IMG/VR virus record: IMGVR_UViG_3300021599_002910
Location: 1 to 64,000 of that record
DNA from: an uncultured virus (IMG/VR IMGVR_UViG_3300021599_002910)
Taxonomy: Duplodnaviria > Heunggongvirae > Uroviricota > Caudoviricetes
Length of the DNA: 64,000 nt
Strand: one strand, 5' to 3'
This document shows positions 19,616 to 29,207 of the stretch, piece by piece (position 1 is the first letter of the stretch; every line of letters starts with the position of its first letter). A program made the position numbers and the translations under genes. The notes under the pieces are model-generated. The model was not told the DNA's origin, made no database searches, and saw nothing but the letters and a program-made list of their open reading frames with translations.

Positions 19616-19990
19616 ATGTGGCAAGCAAATGTAACAATTCAAAACAACACCGAATATAATTTAACCATAGACGGTGTGGGTCTTGGTAATACAACCATCG
19701 GAGCAAACTCAGAGACACAATGGTCATCTCAGGAAGTTCATAATACCAAATCATTATTGTTTTGGGTGGAACCAAACGTATGGTATATGCAAGGGAATCT
19801 TTCATTTGGTCCTGAGGCGGGAGTCTATGTCGATAGAGGATGGATGGCTGATGGAGTTCAAACACTTAAAATGACAGCAACTGCAAATGGCAAGTCGTGG
19901 ACCCAAACATCAAACGGCGGGGAAACACTATTAGCGTGGAATGAATTCGAAGATGGGGGTGATATAACTCTTACTTTCGAACATCAATAA
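19616..19990 (+). CDS. beta-rich hypothetical protein
   Basis: ORF followed by a terminator. Confidence 0.7.
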   Translation: MWQANVTIQNNTEYNLTIDGVGLGNTTIGANSETQWSSQEVHNTKSLLFWVEPNVWYMQGNLSFGPEAGVYVDRGWMADGVQTLKMTATANGKSWTQTSNGGETLLAWNEFEDGGDITLTFEHQ

Positions 19991-20051
19991 AATTAACCCT
20001 CACAGAAATGTGGGGGTTTTCTTTTTCATATTCAATATTAGATTTGAACAT

Positions 20052-20348
20052 ATGAAAAACATTCCATTATTTAGAACCGTAAAACACACTTATTATGAAA
20101 GGTGTGATGTCCAAAAAGAACAATATACCATACAAGTTAAGAAGAAGTTTTTATTCTTTTGGGAAAGATGGTATACAATCAAAGAAATGGTTTGTGGATG
20201 GGGTGATTGTCACACCACAGCAATTGTATTCAAAACAGAATCGGAAGCAATATATGCAATCAAGAATTTGAAAAACGGTTATCTTGCCGATGGATGGACA
20301 GGAGAAGTCTCTACGGTATTAGATTTTAATAAGAAGTTAGAATATTAG
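20052..20348 (+). CDS. hypothetical protein
   Basis: Start moved to ATG 20052. Confidence 0.65.
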   Translation: MKNIPLFRTVKHTYYERCDVQKEQYTIQVKKKFLFFWERWYTIKEMVCGWGDCHTTAIVFKTESEAIYAIKNLKNGYLADGWTGEVSTVLDFNKKLEY

Positions 20349-20728
20349 TTTTTGGTGGGGTAAATGTCAATCTCATCAATATCACCACCCAAAGTCTCAC
20401 TAACCCAATCAGCAACGATATCAAGAACCTTGCTTTCTCTAATGGAGAATGTCTTTTTCAGTGCATCAACAATTCTGTGGTGGATGTGAAGACTACCAAC
20501 ACCATTGTGTGGAGGAGTATCTTCGTCGTCGTCCCAAGAATTACCTGGCCCAAACCAAAAATAGTTCATGAGTTCATTACCATCATTATCAAACATATTA
20601 ATCCTCCATGTATTACCGTCTTTTACATATGGATTAATTTCTTTTCTAAAGTCTTTGTTAGAGAACATTTCATTCAAGTATCTGTATATCAAAGAATGAA
20701 GTTGTGTTTGTGTTATAATATATCTCAT
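20345..20728 (-). CDS. small paralog family protein (MRYIIT leader)
   Basis: Leader plus F......I..WV motif. Confidence 0.75.
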   Translation of the reverse strand: MRYIITQTQLHSLIYRYLNEMFSNKDFRKEINPYVKDGNTWRINMFDNDGNELMNYFWFGPGNSWDDDEDTPPHNGVGSLHIHHRIVDALKKTFSIRESKVLDIVADWVSETLGGDIDEIDIYPTKN

Positions 20729-20730
20729 GA

Positions 20731-21048
20731 TTATTTATTTACATAGGTTACAACGATTGTTATAGGGTGTTCTTCGTGTGGGGAAAAATAATCATTTGGT
20801 TGCAGTCCCGTGGTTTTGATTCCGAAGAAGTTATATATTTGGTCTCTAATTTCGCGTTTAAACATGTTGGCTTTATGTTGTTTTTGGTCCTTATGCTGCG
20901 GATTAACAATATACCTGTCGTCGATTTCCTCGAAGTAAAATATGATACTATACTTACCCATTTTACTGCCCTGAACATAAACATCATAGGGGGAATATAA
21001 TTCCTTAACAAATTTAACAATCCTATTTACTTCTTGTTCGACGGTCAT
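20731..21048 (-). CDS. hypothetical protein
   Basis: Part of a minus-strand operon. Confidence 0.7.
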   Translation of the reverse strand: MTVEQEVNRIVKFVKELYSPYDVYVQGSKMGKYSIIFYFEEIDDRYIVNPQHKDQKQHKANMFKREIRDQIYNFFGIKTTGLQPNDYFSPHEEHPITIVVTYVNK

Positions 21049-21293
21049 TTATCCTCAACTTTTTTAAAATCAACGATTATGTCTCCCTTACCACTCGGAC
21101 CAAGCATTTTATATAAAGTCGCGGTCTCTTCCATAATCTCAATAGCATCTTTATGCTCAAGTGGTGGATTAAAATAATAAGTAATTCTATACCAATCCTC
21201 ATTCATATAAAAGTTAGAAACATCCACTCCAATAAGTGAATTATACTTCTTTACAATCAATTGTTCTAATATCTTCTGAAGTGCTTCTCCCAT
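21045..21293 (-). CDS. hypothetical protein
   Basis: First gene after a minus-strand TATTTAT (21298-21304). Confidence 0.65.
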   Translation of the reverse strand: MGEALQKILEQLIVKKYNSLIGVDVSNFYMNEDWYRITYYFNPPLEHKDAIEIMEETATLYKMLGPSGKGDIIVDFKKVEDK

Positions 21294-21315
21294 ATCCATA
21301 AATATAGTAAAAAAA

Positions 21316-21416
21316 GATTATCCAATTAATTCGTTCAGTTCATATCGGACACAAATACATTCCTCACCTTCGGTTCGGAAGTGTCCTCATTCACTTCACT
21401 CTTTAATTGTATAATC
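21316..21416. repeat. structured hairpin element, copy 1
   Basis: GATTATCCAATTAA...GGACAC...TTCC-TC-ACC-TTC-GGT-TC-GGAA-GTGTCC...TTAATTGTATAATC. Confidence 0.8.
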
Positions 21417-21555
21417 GAACTGTTAAGTAATCCTTGTTGATTCATACAAGATTAAAGATAACCCCCCACCTAATAAACCCCCCGCATAAGTGAGGGGGTA
21501 AAATAATTTTTTGTAAGAAGAAAAATATTTTTTATTTTAGCTCATAAAATAATTT

Positions 21556-22308
21556 ATGAGTCAAGGTTATTGTTACATTGGAAGAATGGTTGACCATCTT
21601 GGTAATTTTATAACGAATTATTATAAGTTAGGTCGGTCCATAGATTATAAATCCCGAGAAACCGCGTTAAATTCTACACACATGCCTGTGGACGTTGTGT
21701 TTATACGTATATTCCAAACTAATCACATGAGTTCCTTAGAAAAGGCCCTCCACGCATGTTTCGAAGAATATAGAGTTACTAAAGAATATAACGATAGAAA
21801 AAGTATTACCACTGAATGGTTTGATTGTGATGATGAGGATTTATTACACAAAAAAATTACTAAACTTACCAATTATTTTCCCGAAACACTTGAACTTGAT
21901 TTAACTGAATCAATTGTCTCAGATTCAGGGACCACTCAAACTCAAAAAATTGAGATTTTAGAAAATATCAAAAAAGTCAGGTCTTCAATCAAAATCTTTA
22001 TTGATAATACTGAATTTGTCGCGGATACAACTATTGATAGATATGTTCTTCTTGGTCAGTATCTCTCAACCAATTTCTCACCTGAAGTTTTACTTACCAA
22101 GTTACCCAATTACTTCAAAAAGACAAAAGATGAACTCCCTTCGTCTATGACTTCAGACCCAAAAAAAATGAACAGAAATAGCTTCATTCAGTTAGAAAAT
22201 GGTCTTTTCTTCATTACATGGGGAAATGTTAAACAAAGAACGGGCATGATTGATAACATCAAACAATCACTATCTATCCCTATCTCATATGAAGTTTATC
22301 AAGTTTAG
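21556..22308 (+). CDS. GIY-YIG (T5orf172-like) nuclease domain protein
   Basis: GYCYI...YKLGRS...RE..LN...LEKALH..F...R...EWF. Confidence 0.8.
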   Translation: MSQGYCYIGRMVDHLGNFITNYYKLGRSIDYKSRETALNSTHMPVDVVFIRIFQTNHMSSLEKALHACFEEYRVTKEYNDRKSITTEWFDCDDEDLLHKKITKLTNYFPETLELDLTESIVSDSGTTQTQKIEILENIKKVRSSIKIFIDNTEFVADTTIDRYVLLGQYLSTNFSPEVLLTKLPNYFKKTKDELPSSMTSDPKKMNRNSFIQLENGLFFITWGNVKQRTGMIDNIKQSLSIPISYEVYQV

Positions 22309-22400
22309 ATTATACAACAAGTTCATTCACTACGGACACAATACATCCCTCACCTAAAGGTTCGGGAGTGTCCTTCATTCACTCACTTGTTGTATAATCT
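22307..22400. repeat. structured hairpin element, copy 2
   Basis: Perfect 15-bp terminal IR AGATTATACAACAAG/CTTGTTGTATAATCT; same inner GGACAC/GTGTCC architecture as copy 1. Confidence 0.8.
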
Positions 22401-22858
22401 TATTTCGGCGAGAAAACTATAGTAACATCATAACCAATAGCATCAAGATATGACCTAAGGTTTTTGATTGTTATATTACCATATTCGTATCTCTTTTCGA
22501 TATCTGAAACAGCTTGTTTACTTATCTTCATTTTTTTACCAACTTCTTCCATACTCATCTTCTTCTGTTTTCTTAGACTAGCTAAATTACCGTGTTGTTT
22601 GTTATCTGACTTATATGGGGGGAACTGACTGATATAGTCAATCAATTCTTTATTAGGATTAAACCACTCTCCTCTGGTATGGTAATCGTTAAATTTAATA
22701 TGTAATTCTTTTTCGGTTTTATCATTTCCTTCACAAACCGCTAACACTTTTAACTCATATGGTGAAGATGTCTGTAAGTTACTTAGTCTATTTTTAATAT
22801 CTGTAGTGAAACCAATTTTAATGTGTTTGGTTTCTAAATTTTCTATAAAGTATATCAT
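22400..22858 (-). CDS. GIY-YIG (T5orf172/MUG113) nuclease fused to an XRE-type HTH
   Basis: MIYFI...IKIGFT.D...RL..LQT..P...E..LH..F...GEWF; LRKQKKMSMEEVGKKMKISKQAVSDIE. Confidence 0.85.
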   Translation of the reverse strand: MIYFIENLETKHIKIGFTTDIKNRLSNLQTSSPYELKVLAVCEGNDKTEKELHIKFNDYHTRGEWFNPNKELIDYISQFPPYKSDNKQHGNLASLRKQKKMSMEEVGKKMKISKQAVSDIEKRYEYGNITIKNLRSYLDAIGYDVTIVFSPK

Positions 22859-23003
22859 AGTAATAAGTATCACCCATTTAAGTAAAGTTATAACTTTACT
22901 TTTACATAAAAAAGTAAGACTACACAGTATATGAACTTGACTTTTCCCCCACCCATAAGTTCCCCCCACTCAGTGAGGGGACAGATGAGATGGTGATTAC
23001 ATA

Positions 23004-23077
23004 ATCGTCTAATGAAACGATATTATAGACAATCGTATATTCACACGATATAATGACATATCGTATAACGAAACGAT
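23004..23077. repeat. three tandem palindromes ATCGT-N8-ACGAT, 28-bp period
   Basis: Copies start at 23004, 23032, 23060. Confidence 0.8.
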
Positions 23078-23383
23078 ATATGATAAGTTATAAACATGAT
23101 TACAATATACAACACTATCGTGATAAACTATAATCATATCTATAACTTTTTACCTCCACATTTTACCACCATATACTACTTGTCCATCGCTACAGGGAGA
23201 CAAAATGTCCCTCTCGTTGAAGGTTAATTAATACACATTAAAGGTTCACTACGTTCACTCCCCCCGTCTCATACTTAATCTTCCTTTTTTTGCTAAGAAA
23301 CATACATATTAAAAAACTGGTCTTCCTGATACCGTGAGAGGGGAAAAAGTGGTCTTTACACTATCTACATGACCATAAGTGGT

Positions 23384-23437
23384 GGGAAAATGTGGGAATG
23401 AGTGGTGGGGAAAAGTGGGGGAAAATGGGTCGAGGGG
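23384..23437 (+). other. G-run cluster, potential G-quadruplex
   Basis: Six runs of 3-5 G separated by 4-10 nt. Confidence 0.5.
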
Positions 23438-23487
23438 ATTATCCCCTATGCAACGCTCCCCTGACATTATGACAAAATCAAAAAAAG

Positions 23488-23563
23488 TTATCCACATTTA
23501 CCCCCAACGAAAGAAAAGTTTTCCACACTGACATAGCGTCAGGACCAAAAGAAGTTTTCCACA
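23488..23563 (+). promoter_or_regulatory. three co-oriented DnaA-box-like 9-mers
   Basis: TTATCCACA 23488, TTTTCCACA 23519 and 23555, each preceded by AAG. Confidence 0.6.
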
Positions 23564-23590
23564 TTCTTTATTTTTATATGTTCCTAAACT

Positions 23591-23872
23591 ATGTTTAATG
23601 GGACCATGGACAAACTGTCATTTGATATCACACTGATTACCCCTGACCGAATATCGGTGGAGGTAAGTTTCAAGCTCGGGGACCTGAGGGAACACTTAGG
23701 GATTTTATATTTCGAGAAGGCAAAGACGGGGTTTGTAAGAAAACCTATCGGACTAAACGCATGGGCATGCGTGGATGCAAAAGTGGAGGGACTCTATACG
23801 AAAGACGAGTCCATTACCCCAACTCAGATAATAGAGAAGTGTAGGGAGTTAATAAGAGGGGCGGGGCTCTAA
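23591..23872 (+). CDS. hypothetical protein
   Basis: ORF of 93 aa; start may be 23606. Confidence 0.55.
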   Translation: MFNGTMDKLSFDITLITPDRISVEVSFKLGDLREHLGILYFEKAKTGFVRKPIGLNAWACVDAKVEGLYTKDESITPTQIIEKCRELIRGAGL

Positions 23873-24077
23873 GGTTTCTTTTTTCCAAAGAGAATATCCC
23901 ACACACCAAGGATAATGTAGCCAACAAGAAGGGCTTTTAAAAATCGTCTCATTTAATCTTTTGTTTGTTTGATGAAAAATGCAACAAGGGCTCCCACGAA
24001 AAGGTAAGCCATAAAGTTCGGGATATGATTCCAACCCCAAACAAACAGAAACCCAAGAATAAGAAAATAAATAATTC

Positions 24078-24476
24078 TTAACATAAGTTATTTTTTATAT
24101 CGGTCCAACATTTCGAAAACAATTTTTCATTCCCCCTCGCCTCAACTTCTTGTGGGTGTCTTCTATATCCAACTTCCCTTAATACCTTCGAATATCCACG
24201 AAGGTCCTGAAGAAAATGGGTATACTCATGAATGACAACCTTCACCACATCTCTCACCGACTGACACATATTTCTGTGGACGATGATGGTATTCTTTTTG
24301 GGGTCATACATCCCATAACAATTTTCCCCATGGGTCTGAGTCAGAACCCTAAACTTAAGTTTGGTCCTCTTCCTTTTTTTTCCCATGTTCTTCTCACACC
24401 ACATAATGGTCTCACCAACCACGTCCCTAATATATGGGGTGGTCATCGTGATGGTCGGGGTTTTAAGATATAACAT
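24078..24476 (-). CDS. HExxH metallopeptidase-like protein
   Basis: YGMY...IHEYTHFLQ...Y..HPQEVEA; TATCTTTG -7 element upstream on the minus strand. Confidence 0.7.
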   Translation of the reverse strand: MLYLKTPTITMTTPYIRDVVGETIMWCEKNMGKKRKRTKLKFRVLTQTHGENCYGMYDPKKNTIIVHRNMCQSVRDVVKVVIHEYTHFLQDLRGYSKVLREVGYRRHPQEVEARGNEKLFSKCWTDIKNNLC

Positions 24477-24651
24477 AAGGCAAAGATACGACAATTATTT
24501 CATTCCACCAAAAGAAATCTTATCCATGGGGTATAAGCAAGCTACCTCTGATTCAGCTCCAAGGGTTATTCCCCAGCCCGTCCATACACTCCCGCTTCAG
24601 ACATAACAAAGGTCCGAAGTATTTATGATATAACCAAATTTATTTTTTTTA

Positions 24652-25146
24652 ATGCCTGTCGAACAACATAACTATGTAACCAAAGATGAAGTGGAAAGCT
24701 CCTATGAGTATAAGTTAATCAAAAGGATTCTTAAAAGGGAATACCCATGGATTATAGATATCAGGGTCCCAAGTGATGAGGAGATAAACCAATATAACCT
24801 CATCTTCCTCGACGTGTTCGTGGACCCCTTCATCCTACAAAAACAAACGGGGTGGCCAATGGTATCATACCTAAGATATTATTTGGATAAAAGACTTGGT
24901 CATCACCTCCCAAACACTTATGAAACCTCATACCTCGCCACAATGTTTAATGTGGATAGAGAACAGACACAAGATATACAAGCCGACGTGGAGAAGACAA
25001 TGAAATCTGTATCCACATCTAACGCAATCCCCGAAGACCTTAAGATACGTAAAGGTAGAAGCTTCGTGGTGGGGTCATGGATTATCCCCGAGATAAAAGA
25101 GATACCATCTGACGCAGTATTCACTGAACGAAATCGGACATTCTGA
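24652..25146 (+). CDS. hypothetical protein
   Basis: ORF after TATTTAT. Confidence 0.7.
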   Translation: MPVEQHNYVTKDEVESSYEYKLIKRILKREYPWIIDIRVPSDEEINQYNLIFLDVFVDPFILQKQTGWPMVSYLRYYLDKRLGHHLPNTYETSYLATMFNVDREQTQDIQADVEKTMKSVSTSNAIPEDLKIRKGRSFVVGSWIIPEIKEIPSDAVFTERNRTF

Positions 25147-25161
25147 CAAAACCAAATTAAC

Positions 25162-25320
25162 TTTTCCACATCCTATCTGTTGATAAATGTATAGGGGGTG
25201 GGAATAACTATTTATCCACAACACCCCCCTTCGGCATGGGGGCATACCCCCCTATGGGGGCCCCCCTCCCCCCGTATCCCCCCTTATGTAGGTCAAAATG
25301 TCAGTTTTGGGGGGGATAAT
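25162..25320. other. DnaA-box-like sites plus dense G/C homopolymer palindromes
   Basis: TTTTCCACA 25162, TTATCCACA 25212; CCCCCC/GGGGG runs and TATCCCCCC...GGGGGGATA inverted repeat. Confidence 0.6.
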
Positions 25321-25393
25321 ACCTTGAATAACGCAAAAAAAATTTTTGGGAAAAATTGTCCTTTTTCGGTATATTTATAATAAAATTATTTAT

Positions 25394-25777
25394 ATGTCAA
25401 AAGTTATAAAACTTACAGAACAAGATTTGGTTCGTTTGGCGAAAAGAGTAATTCAAGAACAATCAGAGACTTTAGAATCTTTTTTACAAATGGTAAAAAA
25501 AGATTTTTTAAAGAAAGGATTCAAACTTATTAAAAGCAATTATTCACTTTTATCAATGTACAAGAGACCTTACACGGTTGATTTTTATGATGAAGGAGGT
25601 CAAAAAAAATTGATTTTAAGTGACACGGGGACAAGTCCAGAATCTACAATAATTTATTTGAATAACTATAGTATGTTCGGACCTTTCGTTGTAGAATATT
25701 TTAAAGGTGGAAAAAAAATCAAAACAGAAAAATTGGATGGATATAAAATTGGGCAACTTCTCCAAAACTTTGGGTAA
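25394..25777 (+). CDS. LTE-leader protein, paralog of 27211
   Basis: MSKVIKLTEQDLVRLAKRVIQEQ; GPF.VEY...KTE C-terminus. Confidence 0.75.
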   Translation: MSKVIKLTEQDLVRLAKRVIQEQSETLESFLQMVKKDFLKKGFKLIKSNYSLLSMYKRPYTVDFYDEGGQKKLILSDTGTSPESTIIYLNNYSMFGPFVVEYFKGGKKIKTEKLDGYKIGQLLQNFG

Positions 25778-25877
25778 TAAAGAAATTTAACTATAAACAT
25801 GACCCTCTTCCGAAACGAAGGGGGTTTTTTAATTTGAAATTTTTGGGAAAAAAAAGAACATTTCTTATTTTTGTGTT

Positions 25878-26129
25878 ATGGAAAATTTATGGATAAAATC
25901 ACATCAGTTTATTTTGGATTGTAATGTTGGGGACCATTATATGAATGGGAGTAATAAGGTCTCGGTTGTTAGAAGGTCACCGAAAAGAATATATTTTTCA
26001 AATGGGGAACTTATAACAATCAAAAAAAGTAAACATGGGTTTTATCATTTGTCGGGTAGGAATGTAAACCAAGTATTGAGAGATATTGAAGGTTATATTC
26101 TTTTTCTAAAACACGACCATTTGATTTAA
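25878..26129 (+). CDS. hypothetical protein
   Basis: Preceded by TTTG-N20-TATTTTTG. Confidence 0.7.
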   Translation: MENLWIKSHQFILDCNVGDHYMNGSNKVSVVRRSPKRIYFSNGELITIKKSKHGFYHLSGRNVNQVLRDIEGYILFLKHDHLI

Positions 26130-26184
26130 TTTATCCTTCAACTGAGAAAAAAATTTTTGGGAGTATTTATTGGAAACATATTTT

Positions 26185-26481
26185 ATGAATAGAAGTTTCA
26201 GTAAAATAAGACATATTCAGGAATCAAATTTAATGTTGGAAAAAAGATTATTGAAGGAACAACCTGAAAGTAGATTTGGTATGCACAATCTTTCTGAACA
26301 ATCAACTCCTCAAACAATAAAATCAGACCCTAATGCGGTTAAATCAACTGAAGAACTAATAAAAAATATTAAATCAGGTTTTTGTATTCCCTCATATGAG
26401 TATGGTTCTAGAACAAGAATAGATTGTAAGGATAAAAGATATTATGAAATAAGATACTACAGACGATTCGGTCAAAGTTAA
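26185..26481 (+). CDS. MNRS-leader protein
   Basis: MNRSFSKIRHIQESN..LEKRLLKE, shared with 28143. Confidence 0.7.
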   Translation: MNRSFSKIRHIQESNLMLEKRLLKEQPESRFGMHNLSEQSTPQTIKSDPNAVKSTEELIKNIKSGFCIPSYEYGSRTRIDCKDKRYYEIRYYRRFGQS

Positions 26482-26584
26482 TCTGAAATAAGACCCTCTT
26501 CAATTACGAAGGGGGTTTTTTCTTAAAAAAATTTTTTGGGAAAAAATTGTCCTTTTTGGGTCTATTTATAGTAAAATAAGTTAT

Positions 26585-27100
26585 ATGTCGAAAATTATAA
26601 AATTAACTGAATCCGACTTGTTGAATTTGGTTAAGAGAGTTATAAAAGAACAAGCACCTATGGCTCAAGTTCCTTTGTTAACTGTTCTTGCAACTCCAGC
26701 TTTGGTTAATGCTTCAAGCGACGGAACTGGTACAATTTATCTTTCACAAAGAGACAACAAAGGACAGAACATTCCAAACACAACTTACAAATACAGTGTA
26801 AAAGGGGTGTATGACCCAGGTTCATTTTTACCTAACGTGCCTTTTAATGTAATTTTGAGAAATGTTAGAAGAGACAGACAAGGAACATTACTGGGAGAAG
26901 CTCAACCATCAGGTAATGCTATGAAAAAAATCATGAAAGAATTAATTCCTACCGACGCTCTGACCTCCGATGGATGGATGAAATTTAGAGTACCTCAAGA
27001 CAAACTAAATGCGGGATTACAATCTTTGGCTGGTAATCAAGGAAAAAGTGCAACTATTGACGCGGGTAATGGTGTAAAAATTAAGCTCTCTTTAATTTAA
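26585..27100 (+). CDS. LTESDL-leader protein
   Basis: MSKIIKLTESDLLNLVKRVIKEQ. Confidence 0.8.
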   Translation: MSKIIKLTESDLLNLVKRVIKEQAPMAQVPLLTVLATPALVNASSDGTGTIYLSQRDNKGQNIPNTTYKYSVKGVYDPGSFLPNVPFNVILRNVRRDRQGTLLGEAQPSGNAMKKIMKELIPTDALTSDGWMKFRVPQDKLNAGLQSLAGNQGKSATIDAGNGVKIKLSLI

Positions 27101-27210
27101 TTATATTTTTTTAAAACAAGACCCTCTTCTGAAAAGAAGGGGGTTTTTTATTTTAAAATTTTTGGGAAAAAATTCTCCTTTTTTGGTATATTTATTGGAA
27201 AATAAATTCT

Positions 27211-27651
27211 ATGTCAAAGATTATAAGATTAACAGAAAACGATTTGATTCGTTTGGTTAATAAAGTTATTAAAGAACAAAATACAAAGACTGATGGTGAA
27301 AATGATATATATGGTGGTTTTTTAAATAAAATTAAAAATATACTTAGAGAAAAGGGATATAATAATGTAAAAAAACAGAAACTAAATATCTATACCGAGA
27401 ACCTTATTAGTATGGCAAAAGGAAACAACAAAGTTGAAAATTTTTCGGATGATGAAGGGGATTTTATACAATTGAGTAAAAATAATCACCCTAATTATGA
27501 ATTCAAAAAAATATATTTTAGTGGACTAAAAGACATTAATGGACCATACAAAGTTGAATATTATACAAGGGTTGGGGACGAGAAACCCAAATTAATTAAA
27601 ACTGAAAATATGAATAGGGGTCAAGTATTCAAATTGATACAAAGTTTGTAA
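27211..27651 (+). CDS. LTE-leader protein, paralog of 25394
   Basis: Leader; GPY.VEY...KTE. Confidence 0.75.
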   Translation: MSKIIRLTENDLIRLVNKVIKEQNTKTDGENDIYGGFLNKIKNILREKGYNNVKKQKLNIYTENLISMAKGNNKVENFSDDEGDFIQLSKNNHPNYEFKKIYFSGLKDINGPYKVEYYTRVGDEKPKLIKTENMNRGQVFKLIQSL

Positions 27652-27741
27652 GATACTAATAATCTTAATTTATAGAACAAAACCCTCTTCAATTACGAAG
27701 GGGGTTTTTTCATTTTAAAATTTTTGGGATATTTATTTCAT

Positions 27742-28041
27742 ATGAAAAAGATAGTAAAACTCACAGAATCTGACTTAACAAGATTGGTTAATAAGATAGT
27801 AAAGGAACAAAGAAGAGAGGATGACCCTACTGAAGATTATTTTAAAGTAATTGATATGGTTGCAAATCACGCAATGGATGAGGAGGAGGATTTGGATGAG
27901 GTTGAAAGATGTATTAATGAAATTTATAAAATAATGCATGAGGCTTATCAAGACGACGATTTGACTGATGAACAAGCCGATGAGATTATTGATTATGCAA
28001 AGGAGGTTGTTAAAGAATTGGAATCAATGTTTGATGAATAA
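27742..28041 (+). CDS. LTESDL-leader acidic protein
   Basis: Leader followed by a D/E-rich helical body. Confidence 0.75.
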   Translation: MKKIVKLTESDLTRLVNKIVKEQRREDDPTEDYFKVIDMVANHAMDEEEDLDEVERCINEIYKIMHEAYQDDDLTDEQADEIIDYAKEVVKELESMFDE

Positions 28042-28142
28042 CATCATTGTGAATTATAGAACAAGACCCTCTTCAATTTCGAAGGGGGTTTTTTCATTTA
28101 AAAATTTTTGGGAAAATTTTGTATTTATTATAAAATCAAATT

Positions 28143-28649
28143 ATGAATAGAAGTTATAGTAAAATCAGACACATACAAGAAGCCAACATCAGATTGGAAA
28201 AGAGATTATTGAAAGAAGATGAATCTCAAGTTCTTGACGTGATTAATAATGAACTATCAACAGTTGGGGAAGAACCCGTATCGACTGAAGATATTGAATT
28301 TGCGTTGAACGATTGTCCACTTGAAACTCCTCCAACTGCGGATGAGAAACAAAAGACAATGCTTCAGAAAATCAAAGAACAAATCGATGGTCTGACTTCA
28401 GCCAAAGATGTTAAGGAGTTAATCAAAAAGGTTAAATCAATTTTCAAAAGAAAAACTCAAAGTGAACAAGTGGGAGAGATTGTAACAATTGGTGCAATGG
28501 CAATCCCTGTTGTTTTCATTCAGGTGTTTGCAGGTATTATCATTTTAATGTTGGTTGTTAAACTAATCAAATTGATTGGTGGCAACACAAGAACGAGTAA
28601 GGAATGTAGACAAGCATCAAGAAGAATGAGAAAATATGGTCCGCTCTAA
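28143..28649 (+). CDS. MNRS-leader protein with C-terminal hydrophobic segment
   Basis: Leader; IVTIGAMAIPVVFIQVFAGIIILMLVV. Confidence 0.75.
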   Translation: MNRSYSKIRHIQEANIRLEKRLLKEDESQVLDVINNELSTVGEEPVSTEDIEFALNDCPLETPPTADEKQKTMLQKIKEQIDGLTSAKDVKELIKKVKSIFKRKTQSEQVGEIVTIGAMAIPVVFIQVFAGIIILMLVVKLIKLIGGNTRTSKECRQASRRMRKYGPL

Positions 28650-28733
28650 TAAAACATTTCAAAATAACAAGACCCTCTTCAATTACGAAGGGGGTTTTTT
28701 ATTTCCGAATATATTTATAATAAAATTAAAATT

Positions 28734-29207
28734 ATGAAACACATTTTAAACAATATTTCTGAAGAAGAAAAAAACGCCATCCGTGAACAACATAAAGGTG
28801 GAATGAGAGTTTACAACGAGAAGTTCAAACAATTGGTTGAAACTAAACAAGGTGATGTAAAACCATATTTGACCGAATCAGCTGAAGCACAATCAATGAT
28901 TGATGCGGCAATACAAAAATTTGAAAGTGGTGCAAAACCTGACCCTAAAATACAGGAAAAAATCAAAAAATGTATCACATCAAAACAACTCACAAGTTTA
29001 ATGTTTTTAACTACAAGTGCTGGAGCTTATGCTCTTGGAATCGTTGCTATGTTAATTGCAAACCCTGTTGGATTGGTTGCTGGAGGTGTGTTGGCATTAT
29101 CTTCACTAATTGTAATCTTTTTAACAGGATTACCTGAAGACCAAGGTGGTTTAGGTTCTGACCCAGCGAAAGATGTAAAAGCATTGTTAAGTTGTATTGG
29201 GATTTAA
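28734..29207 (+). CDS. ISEEEK-leader protein with hydrophobic hairpin
   Basis: Leader; two adjacent hydrophobic segments near the C-terminus. Confidence 0.75.
   Translation: MKHILNNISEEEKNAIREQHKGGMRVYNEKFKQLVETKQGDVKPYLTESAEAQSMIDAAIQKFESGAKPDPKIQEKIKKCITSKQLTSLMFLTTSAGAYALGIVAMLIANPVGLVAGGVLALSSLIVIFLTGLPEDQGGLGSDPAKDVKALLSCIGI

Noticed and set aside
19616..19990. Aegerolysin/lectin-like assignment
   Set aside because: Only a vague N-terminal V.I.N.T.Y.L resemblance; not supportable without a profile search.
23309..23497. Minus-strand 62-aa ORF, and ORFs 25198-25380 and 31869-32153
   Set aside because: They are translations of G/C-run or hairpin DNA with biased composition and no start context.
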